A stretch of DNA of 64,000 bases, from the IMG/VR virus record IMGVR_UViG_3300006128_000009. One strand, written 5' to 3'. The stretch comes from an uncultured virus (IMG/VR IMGVR_UViG_3300006128_000009) (lineage: Duplodnaviria; Heunggongvirae; Uroviricota; Caudoviricetes). The notes beneath the pieces are model-generated. The model searched no databases, was not told the DNA's origin, and saw only the letters and a program-made list of their open reading frames with translations. This document shows, in pieces, positions 39,645 through 49,846 of the stretch; position 1 is the stretch's first letter, and every line of letters starts with the position of its first letter. The position numbers were made by a program, and so were the translations under genes.

Positions 39645-40661
39645 TTATTTTGCAACATCTTTATTTTTATCTGTTAATTTAGCAGCTTTTTCTTTCTTTG
39701 CTAATTCCATTTGTTCTTCGTCTTCTTTATCCATTGCTTGAATTTGTTCAATCTTTTTTAAATCTTCGGGTGTTAAAGGTTCTGGTGATGCACCATCACC
39801 GAATTTTTTAACAAAGTCATCGACTTTCCATTTTAGTCCATGAGCTTTTACAAAAATATCTTTTTCATTTAAACTCGTCCCACTGCATTTTAAACAATCA
39901 ATACATTGTGTGCGATTGACAGAATATAAACAAAACTCTTCATTGGCAAATTTTATATTCCAATCAGGACTAACTCGGAAAGTTCTTCATCCCATTTTTT
40001 TAGCTTCTTTATATTCATCAAGTGTATCAACACTCGCCATAAAATATTTCTTATATGCTTGAAATTCAGGTCTTTTCCACTGGTGGGTATATCCAGTATG
40101 ACCACTACAATTTTCTACGATCTTCTCTACAATCTGAAAAGGTATTCTTACGGGTTCCCCATATGCACCAAATCTAACGTGTTTACCATTAAAAAATTGC
40201 CACATTCCATAGTTTACATAAGAATCAATATCATTAGGATAATCAACACCTTCTTGGTATTTTCTTATGTCAGAATATTTCCCTTGCTTATATGTATTAT
40301 AAATCCCGTTCACACTTTGTCCAGCATTAACATAACATGAACTACCTCTGTGCTTACAGTTAAAACAAACAGTAGCATCTTTACCAGATTTAATAGCATC
40401 GGTTGGTTTTTCCTCTGTATAAATCATGGTTATCTGAACCATAGGTCCAGTTTTATCATTTTGTGAAGGAGTTGACATTCCAGTAGCAATACAAGCGTAA
40501 TTTTTGCCTTGGAATATTATATAACCATTACAATCAATACGATTAGTGGCTTCTTTTATAAAATCATTTTGATTAAGTTTACTTCCACATAAAGCACAAC
40601 AATTATTTCTGATATATTTTTCGTATATGCCTTCTATTAAAAATTGGTCACGATCTCTCAT
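39645..40661 (-). pseudogene. Cys-rich phage protein with one in-frame TGA (39987-39989)
   Basis: NDKTGPM, C..C...CY, RFGAYGEP, TGYTHQW, MASVD, G*RTFRV then 113 more codons with C..C..C.G...AHG. Confidence 0.7.
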
Positions 40662-40724
40662 TATTAATATACTTACACCTTAAAAAAATTTTTGGGGATT
40701 TCAATAAACGCGAATTGAATTTAA

Positions 40725-41258
40725 TTAAACCTTTTCTACTTTGGTGACCTTTAACTGTTGATTGGGATACCATAATACTATTTCAGATAATTCATTATTG
40801 TGATATGCAAAAATACAATCATATCCCTTACTTTCTCCTAGTTTTCTTAATTCATTACCAATAGGCCATCCGTATCGATCATTATTTCTTTCAAGCATAT
40901 TTTTTGCCTTGGTTTCATCCATACCCAATTTAACAAATGTATCAACATAATTCTTCCAACCCTTTTCCATTTTCAAAGGATTTTTAATATTAAGAAAAGC
41001 CTCTACCAAATATCCTCCACCAGTACCCTCGTAACCACCCTTATTACCTGCATAACTAATTGCTAATTCCCTACTAGGAGTAAAATAAGAACCAACACCC
41101 AATTCTCCTTTTCTAGAAAGAATACTCTTCATACCATCCCAATATCCACCATGATATACAGGACCATAATTAAATTCCGAATCCGATCTAGGATTAGCAT
41201 GAAAATATTTTACATTTTCATAAGCAGTTTCCAGTAAAATTTGATCTTTATCACGCAT
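40725..41258 (-). CDS. ADP-ribosyltransferase-like domain protein
   Basis: GPVYHG, G.GSYFT, A..YA, FLNIKNPL, GYD.I, EIV...PNQ. Confidence 0.6.
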   Translation of the reverse strand: MRDKDQILLETAYENVKYFHANPRSDSEFNYGPVYHGGYWDGMKSILSRKGELGVGSYFTPSRELAISYAGNKGGYEGTGGGYLVEAFLNIKNPLKMEKGWKNYVDTFVKLGMDETKAKNMLERNNDRYGWPIGNELRKLGESKGYDCIFAYHNNELSEIVLWYPNQQLKVTKVEKV

Positions 41259-41318
41259 ATTATAATAATTACCCTTTAAAAAAATTTTTTGGGATTTCAA
41301 AGAGTAAATATTATAACA

Positions 41319-41645
41319 ATGAAAGACAAAGACGCAATCCTTCTCGAAAAAGCATATCAGTTAATTTCTGAAAATCACAATTTATTTCAAAGAGACATCG
41401 AAGTAGATGGAAAAAATTATGATGTTTTTTATAAACTCGAAGGAAAAACTCCTTTCATCTATCAAATCTTTCCTCGTATAGAAGAAACAGAAGAACCTGC
41501 TGTCTTTGATATCAAAGATCCTAATAAAAATAGAGAAGACAAATTAAATGAATTAGGACAAAAAATTTATCTTCAGGTAAAAGAAAAACTTGCCGAAGAA
41601 TATGGTTCGGATGATGAATACGAACCTTACGAAGGGGAAATCTAA
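41319..41645 (+). CDS. Hypothetical late protein
   Basis: MKDKDAILLEKAY; GTAAATA upstream. Confidence 0.65.
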   Translation: MKDKDAILLEKAYQLISENHNLFQRDIEVDGKNYDVFYKLEGKTPFIYQIFPRIEETEEPAVFDIKDPNKNREDKLNELGQKIYLQVKEKLAEEYGSDDEYEPYEGEI

Positions 41646-42307
41646 ATCTCTTTTAAATGGACATTTCCATTTGAAGTAATCAAAAGATAGTGACAAGGTT
41701 CGTCACAAAAAGAACCACTGTTGCAATATTGCACATCCTCATCGTGATATATTTCAGCAAAATGTATGTGACCCCCGCAAATAACATCATATTTGCTATC
41801 CTTAATGTGAGCAATCGCTTTGTTTCTTATATTATACCTGATGTTTAAAAAATTTTTGCTCCTTCTTTTAATCCATCGTGAAAACTTCTTGCTCCTATCT
41901 AACTTCTGAAAGAAATAGTAAAAATGTTCCGCTATAGAAGTAATCAAAGGATATTTAAAAATAAAGGGATCAAACTGTTGAAAATGCATGAATAGGAAAT
42001 TTCTTCCACCTACTTGCGTCTCATACTTCTCAATGAATTCCAATCCCAAAATACGTGCCAAAACCATTGCCTTTGCATCATGATTACCCTTTATCAAGAT
42101 GACCTTTTTCTTCTTTGATAACCTACGAATAATGGAAAGAACCCTCCAATGACTCTTTTTATATCTTCCAATATATTTGTTATCAAGCAAATCCCCGTTG
42201 ATAATCAATGTATCATATTTCTCATTCTTTAAAACACTGGTAATCTGTTTAACCTTACACACAGGACTTCCCAAATGAATGTCCGAAACTACCAATATAT
42301 TATTCAT
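41642..42307 (-). CDS. Metallophosphoesterase, UDP-2,3-diacylglucosamine hydrolase-like
   Basis: SDIHLG, NGD, GNHD, GHIH, NSGS. Confidence 0.8.
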   Translation of the reverse strand: MNNILVVSDIHLGSPVCKVKQITSVLKNEKYDTLIINGDLLDNKYIGRYKKSHWRVLSIIRRLSKKKKVILIKGNHDAKAMVLARILGLEFIEKYETQVGGRNFLFMHFQQFDPFIFKYPLITSIAEHFYYFFQKLDRSKKFSRWIKRRSKNFLNIRYNIRNKAIAHIKDSKYDVICGGHIHFAEIYHDEDVQYCNSGSFCDEPCHYLLITSNGNVHLKEI

Positions 42308-42511
42308 CAAAATACTTAGTATAAGTACTAATATCCTATGAAAGAACAACCAAATATTGACGAAATCGTAACAAAACTCAATATACCAAAGGATAAAATC
42401 ATCCAAGAACTCTGTAATATCATCAAACAACAAATGATGTACGGAGGATCTCTGGAAGATAAGATAAATTATTGGGTTGAAACCTTAAAAAAATCATATA
42501 TACTGTAATCA

Positions 42512-43096
42512 ATGAATCTAGGAAAAGTAAAAGTCATCATGTACTACGATGACAATAGAAAAAAATTCGGTGATATATCCAAACACTCCATAGAAAAATT
42601 TGCCAAAAGACATGGCTTCGATTGCTCCATAACATATAAAACCTCTTTCGGTGAAGATGGAATGATGTTCAAACCAAAGTTCATAAGAGACCATCTAAAT
42701 GCAAATGATGCAGATTGGATAGTATACGTAGACTCCGATATCGTTTTCAGAAGAGATGCTTCCATAGAAGGACTATTTGAAAAACCACTCAATATATCAA
42801 CAGATAGTCACCTTTGCGTAGGATTCATGACTCTAAAAAATATCATAAGAATAAGAAAATTCGTAAACATCTGGACAGACCTAGGAATAAGCAAAAGTCT
42901 TCCCCTACACGACCAAGGTGTATTTAAACTCTTATACGAAAACTTCCAATGGATAGAAGACCTCGTACATCCAATTCCACAAACCCTAGTATCGAACCCA
43001 AGATCAGAAACAATCGGAACTATAGCCCACCATTTCTGGTCACAATGGAATGATGCAACAGGAATCATGCAACAATTTATAAATGAACTAGGTTGA
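42512..43096 (+). CDS. Glycosyltransferase (GT34-like)
   Basis: F..RHG, K, WIVYVDSD, DQG, HF. Confidence 0.7.
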   Translation: MNLGKVKVIMYYDDNRKKFGDISKHSIEKFAKRHGFDCSITYKTSFGEDGMMFKPKFIRDHLNANDADWIVYVDSDIVFRRDASIEGLFEKPLNISTDSHLCVGFMTLKNIIRIRKFVNIWTDLGISKSLPLHDQGVFKLLYENFQWIEDLVHPIPQTLVSNPRSETIGTIAHHFWSQWNDATGIMQQFINELG

Positions 43097-43120
43097 CAAT
43101 AAAAAAATATACCCTATAAT
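43094..43120 (+). promoter_or_regulatory. Consensus sigma70 promoter
   Basis: TTGACA...TATAAT, 9 nt before ATG 43130. Confidence 0.7.
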
Positions 43121-43129
43121 ATTTTAATC

Positions 43130-43717
43130 ATGGAATACACAGAACAAGAACTAAACGAAGAAGTCTGGAAACAATACAAAGAAAGCAAATACGAAGTTTC
43201 CAACTTGGGAAGATTAAGAAACATGTCAGATAAAACTATTTTAGAATGTTATAAATCCCCCCAAGGTTATTATAGAGTCTATGTCAATAATATCAAAAGA
43301 CCAATTAGTCTACATAGAATGATAGCAGAAGCATTCTTTGGTGAATTTAATTCTAAATTGCAAGTCCACCATAAGGACGAAAACAAATTAAATAATAGAT
43401 TAACAAATCTATGCCTAATGACCGCATATGAACACGGAAGTCTCCATAAACAGGGAGAGAAAAATAGTTCTTTCAAAGGCAAAATAGCAAGATTTAAAAA
43501 AGACGGAACACTCATGGGATTCACAAGCAGCAATACAGAACTAAAAAGCCTAGGTTTTGATGTTGCCCACGTAACCCACATCATTAAAAAGCAAAGAAAA
43601 TTCCATAAGAATCATACCTTCAAACGCCTAAAGAATATAGAGAACTATATAATAGGTCAAAGATATGATCTCCAAAAGTTAGAAGAGATATCTTCATCAC
43701 AAATGGAACTGTTCTGA
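43130..43717 (+). CDS. NUMOD4-HNH homing endonuclease
   Basis: EVWK...YEVSNLGR, HRMIAEAF, VHHKDENKLNN..TNL. Confidence 0.9.
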   Translation: MEYTEQELNEEVWKQYKESKYEVSNLGRLRNMSDKTILECYKSPQGYYRVYVNNIKRPISLHRMIAEAFFGEFNSKLQVHHKDENKLNNRLTNLCLMTAYEHGSLHKQGEKNSSFKGKIARFKKDGTLMGFTSSNTELKSLGFDVAHVTHIIKKQRKFHKNHTFKRLKNIENYIIGQRYDLQKLEEISSSQMELF

Positions 43718-43774
43718 ACAGTATTAGGAACAGTTAAGAACAGTTAGGAACAGTTAGGAACAGTTAGGAACAGT
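43716..43774 (+). repeat. Tandem GAACAGT(TAG) repeat, 6 copies, ~10-bp period
   Basis: Units at 43716, 43728, 43738, 43748, 43758, 43768. Confidence 0.9.
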
Positions 43775-44084
43775 CTTTAAAACATATACCCCCCATATAC
43801 TACCCTATACGGGGGGGGGGGCATTGCCCCGTAAGACGTTTTCAGACATCCGGTATATTAGGTAAAATTTTTGCGGACGGGGTCTGTTAATGCAACATGT
43901 TTTCGGAACTGTGGCGAAGTAATACAACGTTAAAAAATAAACGTGGTAAGACAATGATGGTGTGTATATCTTACCGTGTTGGGTGTAGGTGTCTGTGGTA
44001 AGACAATGGTTATGAGATGGTAAGACATTGGTAGTAAAGAAAAACCCCAACCTTTCGGTTGAGGCTTTCTTGTTATGGAATTTT

Positions 44085-44519
44085 TTAGAGTCCGATTCCG
44101 ATCTCTGCTTTGAATGCTTCGATCTCTTTGTTCTTTTTGGCAAGAGCCTCCGACCAGATGCGGTATGCTTCCTGCTCTTCCTTGCTCACGAGCTTGGTGA
44201 ACTCCTCCAGCTGCTGGAGCTTTGAAGCACGGGTGAAAACTTCCTGTACCTGCTTGATTGCACGAATCTTAACGCATGAAGGGACATTTTCGATTGCTCC
44301 CTTGGACGAACGCCCCTCGACAATGTGATTGATGGCATCAGCCATATTGAAGTAGCAAGCACGGGTTCTGAAGGTGAACATGGGATTGTTCGTCTTTTTA
44401 CCTAGGATGAAGTCACGATAGGTTTGACGATGGATAAATCCTCCATCACGCTGGCTGATTACATGGATATCCATATCTGTAGTGTAGTTGTAGATCTGGA
44501 CTCCGATTTGGGTGTTCAT
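44085..44519 (-). CDS. Hypothetical early protein
   Basis: ORF with A/C-rich leader and terminator hairpin downstream. Confidence 0.6.
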   Translation of the reverse strand: MNTQIGVQIYNYTTDMDIHVISQRDGGFIHRQTYRDFILGKKTNNPMFTFRTRACYFNMADAINHIVEGRSSKGAIENVPSCVKIRAIKQVQEVFTRASKLQQLEEFTKLVSKEEQEAYRIWSEALAKKNKEIEAFKAEIGIGL

Positions 44520-44867
44520 GGTGTTTGGTGTTTTTGGTGTTTGGTGTTTTTGTTTTCTGCTCTTCGCATTGATAGGATTGAATCAAAACAGGATAAGAAT
44601 GTAAAGAATGAATTTAAATTATTTTTACACTTGCCGTATTAAAACACGGTGTTCTATTATAACGCAATGTGCTGTGGTAAGACAGTTACATATTGGACAT
44701 CTTATCTATGTATAATAAATGTCATTACTATTTGCTGATGGTAAGACAATGATTCTGCTGTAGGTAATACAATGGTAAGACAACGATCATTGGGTATGTA
44801 GTACGTTATGTGTACAAAAGAAAACCCTCCCCTAGTTTCCTAGGAGAGGGATTCTTTGTGGGGGGAT

Positions 44868-45905
44868 TTACTTGCTGGCGATAGTGACTGCTTCCCTGCC
44901 GAGTTCCTTCATCTGCTGGCGGGTCGTCTCGTCTGCTAGGCGGGAGACAAAGCGTTCCTTATGTTCTGCCGCCGATCCGATGCTGGAGCGGTAGACCCGC
45001 TTTGCGTCAGACGTTTCTCCCTTGCCTGTCCCTGCTCCGCTCGTCCAGTACTCCGTTGCTCCGTTGGCGAGGTCGTACAGATTCTTGCCAGCGTTGCCCA
45101 TGCCACGGGAGAAGAGAACTGCAATCTCTTGAGCGGCATTCCATGAGCGGGTCGAGAGTTTGGTTTCTCCGGTCTCCATTGCAAAGTATCCTGCCGCCAT
45201 TGCAATGGCATCATTGTTGTCGCACTTGTGAGTGGCAAGGTACTCCATGACCTGCTTCAGTTCCGCACGGCCCATCAGGATAGCGTTGATGAGGTCAGGG
45301 AGATTCTTCATGGCGAGGGATGCTCCCTTGGTATGGTAGACCTTGAATCCGACTTCTCCTGCCGCACTCATGGAAGAGCGGAGAGTATTCATGCAGACGA
45401 TCCTTGTTCCAGAATCGTACCCATAAAGGGAGATCGTGCCATCGTGAGACGAGATCATGTTCATGTAGAACTTGAACTTGTCCTTATTGATGATCATCTC
45501 AGAGGAACCGATATCGGCTGAGATGAAGAACTTGCGTCCCTTCTCAAGAGTTCCTGCCGAGGTGATCTTTGCATCACAATCCTTCAGACCTGCTTCCAAC
45601 GTCTCCCAAATGAGTTCGTTGTCGATGACCTCATAAGAGGTCTTCGGAATGTGGAGAGGAACGAGTTCCTCACCTTCGGGAAGGTCAGACCGGATCTTGC
45701 GATAGTCTGCCACAAGAACCTTGTGGTTCTCCAGATTCACCTGTCTGCCGTCGAGATTGACGTAGAGAGGAGACTGTACTACGGGGAACAGGATCTCTTT
45801 GAGAGTATCCTTGCTGATAGCGTCAACGTGACGTGCGATTCGATGCCACTCCGTTCCTTCGATGGAGTACACCTGATCCCAAGGGAGTTCGATGCAATGT
45901 GCCAT
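44868..45905 (-). CDS. DUF932-family phage protein
   Basis: MAH, WH, YEVIDN, SAGTLEKGRKFF, SHDG, RIVCMNT, HT, NGATEY. Confidence 0.8.
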   Translation of the reverse strand: MAHCIELPWDQVYSIEGTEWHRIARHVDAISKDTLKEILFPVVQSPLYVNLDGRQVNLENHKVLVADYRKIRSDLPEGEELVPLHIPKTSYEVIDNELIWETLEAGLKDCDAKITSAGTLEKGRKFFISADIGSSEMIINKDKFKFYMNMISSHDGTISLYGYDSGTRIVCMNTLRSSMSAAGEVGFKVYHTKGASLAMKNLPDLINAILMGRAELKQVMEYLATHKCDNNDAIAMAAGYFAMETGETKLSTRSWNAAQEIAVLFSRGMGNAGKNLYDLANGATEYWTSGAGTGKGETSDAKRVYRSSIGSAAEHKERFVSRLADETTRQQMKELGREAVTIASK

Positions 45906-46278
45906 ATGTTTGTTTGGTTTGGTTTCCTCCTGATGAATTTCAGGATTGAGAATACCTTAATCTATTTGTTTTCAAAGGTCGAGATTTATTTTCAATTCCT
46001 TTGTTTTTTTATTTTCAGAAAACTGTTGACAAAAGTATCTTGTAGTACATATGGAATGATCGTTGTCTTACCATTGTAGGATATGCTTTGGTATCGTTGT
46101 CTTACCATTGTAAGACCGTATTGGACGCAGGTGGGGACTGCGTGGTAAGACACTGATGATTCGGACATCTTATCATAGATAGGTATAAAAATTTTGTAAG
46201 ATGGTGTGTGCTATGGTAAGACACGGACTGCAAAGAAAATCCCCAACCTTTCGGCTGGGGATTTCTTTTTGGTTTGGA

Positions 46279-46530
46279 TTAGATTGTTGGTTCGACCCAG
46301 TAGGCAAGTGGGAATGTGACTCCCCAAATACCCCTTTGCATCTGAATGCCTTTCATGACCAGAGCATCGTTGTGGTCAGGATCAAGGATCTTGAAAGACA
46401 TATCATCCTTCACGACCTTGTAACCGACACGCTTGGCTTCCTTCTGCTGATCCTTCACGAACGGAGTCGTGCAGACCTTGATGAAGGAGTCTCTCGCCTT
46501 CATACCGACGATTGGGGTTGGTGTTTCCAT
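46279..46530 (-). CDS. Hypothetical early protein
   Basis: ORF between promoter region and terminator. Confidence 0.55.
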   Translation of the reverse strand: METPTPIVGMKARDSFIKVCTTPFVKDQQKEAKRVGYKVVKDDMSFKILDPDHNDALVMKGIQMQRGIWGVTFPLAYWVEPTI

Positions 46531-46750
46531 AGGAGACCAACATAGTATCCGGTCATTTAAAAATCAAATCATTTTTTTATTTTTTTCCTGAATAGTCACT
46601 GTCTTACCACTGTAGTACAACCTAATTTTTTTAGGGGTATCCCGTGGTAAGACACTATTGATTCGGACATCTTATCATGGATGGGTATAAAAAAAATCCC
46701 CCGATGTCTCTATGGTAAGACACCGAGGGATTAGTTGGGGGGATTCTGTA

Positions 46751-47092
46751 TTACTGTGCAGGAACCGCTACTGGCACAGTCGGATTGATTCCGAGAATGT
46801 TCAATCCAAAAATAGAGATGCCGATTCCGGTCGGGGGAGCAGTCACTACGGGAACCGTATTCACCCAACTACCAGCATAAGGATAGGTTGCAGGAGTGAC
46901 GACGATAGGAGCAGGGGCCGCATAGGAGCAGTATCCTCCATAATATGCACCGCCCCATCCGCAATAGCCTCCACGCCATCCTCCTCCGTTGTAGCATCCT
47001 CCGCGATAACCGCCCCATCCTCCACAAGGATTAGCAAAGGAATAGGCGACGGTCAGGACAAGGATTGATAATAGTAGGATTGTTTTTTTCAT
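46751..47092 (-). CDS. Secreted Gly/Tyr-rich protein
   Basis: Signal peptide; GGW/GGY repeats. Confidence 0.65.
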   Translation of the reverse strand: MKKTILLLSILVLTVAYSFANPCGGWGGYRGGCYNGGGWRGGYCGWGGAYYGGYCSYAAPAPIVVTPATYPYAGSWVNTVPVVTAPPTGIGISIFGLNILGINPTVPVAVPAQ

Positions 47093-47744
47093 TTGTATTA
47101 CTTAGTGAGTTTCGTTTTTAATCAAGATAAAGATGCCTAGAATCAATCCAGCCATAAATAGGACAGGCAATGGAATCAGCAAAGCAATCACGATTGAAAT
47201 AAAAAGCAGGAGAAGATTATTCATTTGAATCCAAGCGTGGAGATTTTATCCATGAAGAGTTTCCCTTGCACCTTTTCCCAAGTGTCATCTTGGAAGGGAG
47301 CATGAGCATAAGAAACATCATTCCATTTGAATTTCGTTGATCCCCATGAATCGGCTTCAAAGAAAGCAGAGTGATGCTTCACCGCTAGATGTTGCCAGTA
47401 GAGGCTTGTCGCCATGCTGTCCAGCACACAAAAGTAGAGGATGATAAGACAAAGGCAAATCGTTTCGAGGATATTGTTTTTCATTTGTATTACTTGTTAT
47501 TGAAATTGTTGCAATAGTCCTGAAAGGAAATATGTCCTTTGAGATATGATGCGAGGATGAGCGAACGATTGTAGTCGTAGTGCATTTGTCCTGCATCTAC
47601 TAGCGATTGTGTGGACACAAACTGTGACTTCTCTTCAGCGAGTGAGAGATTTCCGTTTATGAAGGTTTCGATGATTTCGGGAGCAGTCATGTTTTTGGTT
47701 TTTTGGTTGTGGGGGAGAGGGACGATTCCCCCTCCCCCGATTGT

Positions 47745-48215
47745 TCAGCCAAGGGAGATCACATTCTCCGCTTTGACGGTGAAGCAGAGAGGCTTTTCCT
47801 CACGCTTCGGAAACTCGCTTGCAAGGCAAAGAGCTTCGATGACGGTTTTCTCCACGGGATTTCCGTTGAGAAGATAGGTGACTTCGGGATAAAAATCCGA
47901 ACCAGTAGCGATATTGATACCGCTTGCGGGATAAAAGCGGACATAATCCGTTCCCTTGTGGGTGATATGATAAGGAAACTCCGCCCATTCTCCCCAAGGG
48001 AGTCCAGCATTTTCCGAGGGAAGAGAACCGTCCTCACGCTTCTCCTGTACGATCCCCATGTTATCGTAGGTGATGCCGCCCCTGATGACCATTTTGGTCA
48101 TCTTCTCCACCTTGTCCTCGACTCCCTTGCGGGTCTTGAGGGTCTTTCCCCACGATGCGGTGAGGTTCGCTCCCTTTTTGGAGGAGAGGGTCTCCTTCAT
48201 CATTTCGATGTTCAT
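47745..48215 (-). CDS. Hypothetical early protein
   Basis: GI.YDN, LPWGEW..FPY.ITHKG.DY.R.Y. Confidence 0.7.
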   Translation of the reverse strand: MNIEMMKETLSSKKGANLTASWGKTLKTRKGVEDKVEKMTKMVIRGGITYDNMGIVQEKREDGSLPSENAGLPWGEWAEFPYHITHKGTDYVRFYPASGINIATGSDFYPEVTYLLNGNPVEKTVIEALCLASEFPKREEKPLCFTVKAENVISLG

Positions 48216-48549
48216 TGTCTTTAAGAGGATTTCCGCCTCATCCGATTTTCCACTTCGGGTTTCGAGTGATGATCCGTTTGAATCATGGAACTATTAGAGC
48301 ATGGATCGGCTCACGGGTCAATGACCAAAATGACTTTTTTTCATTTTATTTTTTTTTCTGAAAAACCTGTTGACAGATGAGAATGTAGGTATGTATAAGA
48401 CATGACCGGATTTCAGTGTCTTACCATTGCAAGACGGTATTGTACGCAGGTATCGGGTGCGTGGTAAGACATCAATATCTCATTTGTCTTATCATGGAGT
48501 ACTTCAAAAAAATCCGCTTGACTTGCAAGCGGATTTCTGATTATCGGGA

Positions 48550-49248
48550 TCAAAGGTGAATCACAAATCCCGTTTGATCTTTCTTGCCTTTTCCTTTCGC
48601 TTTCAATCCGACAATCACACCTTTCTTGTCCAGAAAGCGGAGATCCGTTTCGTCGCCGTTTATCACCTCATAACCCTTGTAAGACGTTGGTATCTTATTG
48701 AATACCATTGCGACATTTCCACCCATTGAAAGCACAAGGTCACACTCGGCTTCATTGTTTTCCTTTCGGGAAAATGTCAAGTGATAATTGCTAGGCAATT
48801 CATTTCGTAGAAAGCGGAGCATCCTTCCAAGGTTGGGCGTGTAATCGTAAAACTGGACATCACTATTGTCTTGCATGATGTTTCCCGTCTTATACCATGC
48901 GACATCGCTTGTCCCGTTCAAACGGCACACAAAAATCATTTCCTTTTTCTTTGCGTAGTCCACACCCTTTCGGATTTCCTTTTTCAAATTAGAGACAAAG
49001 GTTTCCGTATCGTTCAAGAATGAAAGGGTCTTTTTCAGCCTTGCCTCTTGGATCTTTTGGAACCGTCCACGACCTGCCGTATTAAGGCATGATGCGGCAC
49101 ACCCTGCCGATGCTTTCGGGCAAAGGTTTTTTCCGCTTATATTGTAAGGGGAAAGGTAGACAATCCCCGTGATGAATCCTTTCTTTTGACCCTTCACAGT
49201 CTTTGCGTTGGTGTCCCTAGCAAGGATCTTTTGCGTTTTTGGTTTCAT
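48550..49248 (-). CDS. GP88-like phage protein (Cys cluster)
   Basis: CPKASAGCAASCL, RLNGTSD, FYDYT, NYHLTFS, GD..DLRFLD, GLKAKG. Confidence 0.75.
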   Translation of the reverse strand: MKPKTQKILARDTNAKTVKGQKKGFITGIVYLSPYNISGKNLCPKASAGCAASCLNTAGRGRFQKIQEARLKKTLSFLNDTETFVSNLKKEIRKGVDYAKKKEMIFVCRLNGTSDVAWYKTGNIMQDNSDVQFYDYTPNLGRMLRFLRNELPSNYHLTFSRKENNEAECDLVLSMGGNVAMVFNKIPTSYKGYEVINGDETDLRFLDKKGVIVGLKAKGKGKKDQTGFVIHL

Positions 49249-49534
49249 GGACGACCAGAAGATCAAAAAAAACCAACTGAGTCAAATTAATTTTTTGAAT
49301 TTTTTTAACCCCCTCCGTGGTAAGACAACGATATGTTAAATATCTTACCATTGTATACTTTATAAAAATGTTCTGAAATGTCCGTGGTAAGACAACGATG
49401 TTTCAAATATATTACAATTCATTCTAATGTTTTATAAAATGTTCTGAAGTATTTTTTGAATACTGTTCCAAAGAAAAACCCACAGAGGGAAATCCTCTGT
49501 GGGAAAAATCAATTGATTTTTTATTTTGTTCCTC

Positions 49535-49846
49535 TTAGCTAAACTGAATGATGTTCCGTTTATTCTTGCTTCGGATATCACCGATGTTCTTCTTACGGAC
49601 ATACTGCATGAGACCTTGGTAGGTACATTCAAGTCCGTTCTTATTGAAGAACTCATGGATTTGAGTATAGGTCATGTGGCGACAAGAACGGAGATATCGA
49701 ATGGTGTCGAGGTGTTCCTCGAACTTGCTGATCTTTCCCTTCTGTGGTTTGGTGGGCTTCGTCCAATTACGGGCGGCGAGGTTGATCTTCTCCTTAAGAG
49801 AGATCGTGGTTGCTTGGTTATCGTTGGTCAATGTGATGACTTCCAT
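49535..49846 (-). CDS. Putative HTH DNA-binding protein
   Basis: I..LR....TYTQI.EF....G...TYQ.L..YV helix-turn-helix pattern. Confidence 0.5.
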   Translation of the reverse strand: MEVITLTNDNQATTISLKEKINLAARNWTKPTKPQKGKISKFEEHLDTIRYLRSCRHMTYTQIHEFFNKNGLECTYQGLMQYVRKKNIGDIRSKNKRNIIQFS

